The translations under genes were made by a program, and so were the position numbers. This document shows, in pieces, positions 61,894-64,000 of a stretch of DNA of 64,000 nt. How positions within the stretch are numbered: position 1 is the first letter of the stretch; each line of letters starts with the position of its first letter. The stretch is from Trypanosoma brucei. Lineage: Eukaryota. The notes under the pieces were generated by a model. It was given only the letters and a program-made list of their open reading frames with translations. It was not told where the DNA came from and did no database searches. The stretch spans positions 3,616,001 to 3,680,000 of the forward strand of contig CM000208.1 in the NCBI GenBank assembly GCA_000002445.1. The letters are read 5' to 3'.

Positions 61894-63844
61894 GATTTTT
61901 TTTTATTTACGGCGGTTGATGAATGAAATTTCTCTCGAATTTGATACGATTAATCTTAAAAGGAGGGGAACAAAAGGGGGGAGCGGATTTGGGGGTGAGT
62001 TTGAGTTTACGCATGAATATATATATAATATATATTATATTTTAATATATGTTATATTTTATGTATATTATTCTCCAGCGTGATAATGAGAACGGTTGAA
62101 ATGTCATTGAAATATGATGGAGGGGGGGGAAAAGGAAAAGGGCGGGCGGGCGAGGCGGGGTGAAACAAAAGAAAAGAAATAAAAGATAAAAATAAAAAGA
62201 AGCAATTGGAGGGAATTATTCATATAATAGTAGTAATAACAATAATAACTATAATGATATTTGCTGTTATTGCTACTGTTATTATTGTTGTTATTATTAT
62301 TCCTCTTTTTTGTGTGTGTTTGTTTGGGGAGGGGGAGAGGAGTTGTTAATTTGTTCATCAACAATTATTTATTTATTTATTTTCTCATTTTTTTTTCTTT
62401 CTTTTTGCCTTTTTTGTCGTTTATTTGGTAATTGAAGTTCATATTATTTCCTTAGATGTTGCACGAGGTTTTTTCTTTTTCTTTTTTTAAAAAAAAGAAA
62501 GTGTGGATGGATATATAAGAATGCAGGAGGAGGAGGAGGGGGGAAAAGAAAGAATTTGTTTTGATTTGTTTTGAAAGAAAAAAAAGGGAGAAATTTCTGG
62601 GGGCTGATATTTATTTGCATGTTATTTACTTTTTGTATTGTTCGCATGTTTTGAGGCCATGTAGTGAAATCAAATGAAAAAGAAAAGAAAAGAAAAAAGA
62701 GAAGAGATGATTTCTTTTTCTTTTTTTTTTTAGCCCTCAGAGACGTCTCCGATTTCACAATTTAAATTGTTGATGTTTGTTTGTTTTTTAGTTAGTTTGT
62801 TTGTTTGTTGGTTGGTTGATGTTTTATTGTGTTATGTTTTATTACGTTTTGATGTCAGATGTCTCCCCTCCGAATCATCTTTAACTTTATTTTTAAATTC
62901 TTTTGTTTTTTTTATATTTAACTTTTTTACATATGCCCCAGTGGCGGGAGCGGCGCAATTTTTCCTTTCTTTTTTGTTGTTGTTGTTTTCAAAATGTTTT
63001 TTCCCACAACCTTTTTTTTTGGTTGGTTGGTTGGTTAAGGCCCTGTAAATATCGTGTTTCTTTAGTGTTTGTGTACGCTCGAGTTGCTGTTCGAATGTTT
63101 TATTGTCACTGTTGTTGTTTGGAATTCGTTTCTTTTTTTTTCTTTTTTGACTTTAAAAAAAAAATTATGTGAGAGAAAAATGTGTGCGTGTTTTGTGTGT
63201 GTGTGTGTGTGAATATGTGTAGGGTAAATGCCTTTTTCTTTTATTTTCTTTTCTTTTTTCTTTCATTTCTGGGAAATTAACTTTTAAATGTGTGATCGTC
63301 TGTCAGATCGGACCGCCGCCGTTTCTTCTCGGCGTCATCTTTTTTTTTTCCTCTTTTTTTTCCCTCTCGTCTCGTTTCGTTTCGTCTGTTTTTTTTCTTT
63401 TTTTTTTTCGTTTTGTTTTGTTTTGTTTTGTTTCTCCCCCCCCCAAACTTCTGCTGCGAATCACATCTTTTGCTGAATGAATAAAATGTATGTTAGTGCG
63501 TGCTTACTTTGATCATCTTTTTATCTTTTTTTTTTTTTAGAGAGAGAGAAAAAAAAAAAATAAGATAAAAAGAAAAATAATAAATAAATAAACGAAAATA
63601 AATAAATAAATAATCTGAAAATCTTCTTCTCGACTCCCCCACTCTTTATGTTTGGTTGTGTCTTGACATTTTGACAGGTGCGCGCGTGTTTGTGTTTGTG
63701 TTTGTTATGGGGTGGAGGGAAAATGGGATGGTTTATATAAATTTTTTTTATATTTGAAAAAAAAAAGAAAGAAAGAGACGGCAGTGAAGTGCGTTAATTG
63801 AAAATTATTAAAGGAAATATGGGAAGAGAGAAAGAGGAAATCGA

Positions 63845-63872
63845 GGAAGGAAGGAAGGAAGGAAGGAAGGAA
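63845..63872. repeat. (GGAA)7 tetranucleotide repeat
   Basis: 'ggaaggaaggaaggaaggaaggaaggaaag'. Confidence 0.9.
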
Positions 63873-64000
63873 AGTTGAGAGGAATAAAATGGGACGAGGA
63901 ATATAAGGGAGAGAAGCAAAAAAAATAAAAATAAAAAAATAAAATAAAATAAAAAAATGAATCATCAAAGAAGCAAAAAATAAATAAATAAATAAAATAA

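Larger units (their letters stand above)
59700..64000. other. 4.3-kb low-complexity, gene-free block, T-rich on the + strand from about 59.8 to 63.4 kb and switching to A-rich from 63.5 to 64 kb
   Basis: There is no ATG-initiated ORF with coding-like composition. The only ORFs are poly-T/poly-A translations (Phe/Leu/Lys-rich). The block is full of homopolymers and microsatellites: (TA)n, (ATAA)n, (CCT)n, (GGAA)n and (GT)n. Confidence 0.8.

Noticed and set aside
1-64000. CRISPR arrays, rRNA, SL RNA and retroposons (ingi/RIME/SLACS)
   Set aside because: I saw no SL-RNA exon sequence, no rRNA-like conserved blocks, no reverse-transcriptase ORF, and no direct-repeat/spacer architecture. The organism is a eukaryote, so CRISPR does not apply.

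Overview
This is a 64-kb segment of a kinetoplastid (Trypanosoma-like) nuclear chromosome. The assignment rests on four observations. The 40S ribosomal protein S13 has a trypanosomatid-type sequence. Every convincing gene lies on the + strand with no introns, as expected for one polycistronic transcription unit. Polypyrimidine tracts sit upstream of the coding regions. Codon usage is moderate in GC and T. brucei-like rather than Leishmania-like. The supplied ORF track begins many ORFs at TTG or GTG. I checked the actual ATGs in the sequence and corrected several starts: 6814, 8773, 16935, 20890, 22299 and 50828. From 5' to 3' the window contains the following. A partial PDZ-domain ORF comes first. 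A 1.2-kb tandem array (676..4137, 2.9 units) carries three copies of a Cys/Gly-rich 230-aa protein. The copies are identical apart from a few dense patches that look like cassette replacements. RPS13 follows, then a Sec22-like longin R-SNARE, a small UMP1/POMP-like proteasome maturation factor that the ORF track obscures, and an RPC11-like TFIIS-type zinc-ribbon RNA polymerase subunit. Next come an 877-aa protein with C-terminal ankyrin repeats, a 695-aa protein with a degenerate DEAD-box-like fold, a NAP1-family histone chaperone with a poly-Asp tail, and several hypothetical proteins. One small proline-rich protein has N- and C-termini that match WASH-complex subunit CCDC53/WASHC3 (BRK1-like fold). 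The remaining genes are an IQ-motif protein, an SDS22-type LRR protein, MetAP1 with its N-terminal C6H2 zinc finger, a 1197-aa protein with an N-terminal SPEF1-type CH (DUF1042) domain, a 1678-aa protein containing a pseudokinase domain, a CaMKK-like Ser/Thr kinase with large extensions, and a proline-rich 451-aa protein. The last 10 kb (54.3 to 64 kb) is almost gene-free and low in complexity, with alternating T-rich and A-rich blocks, many microsatellites and a roughly 54-bp perfect AT palindrome. I found no rRNA, tRNA, SL RNA, retroposon or CRISPR signal. All homology calls come from my memory of the protein families, not from searches.
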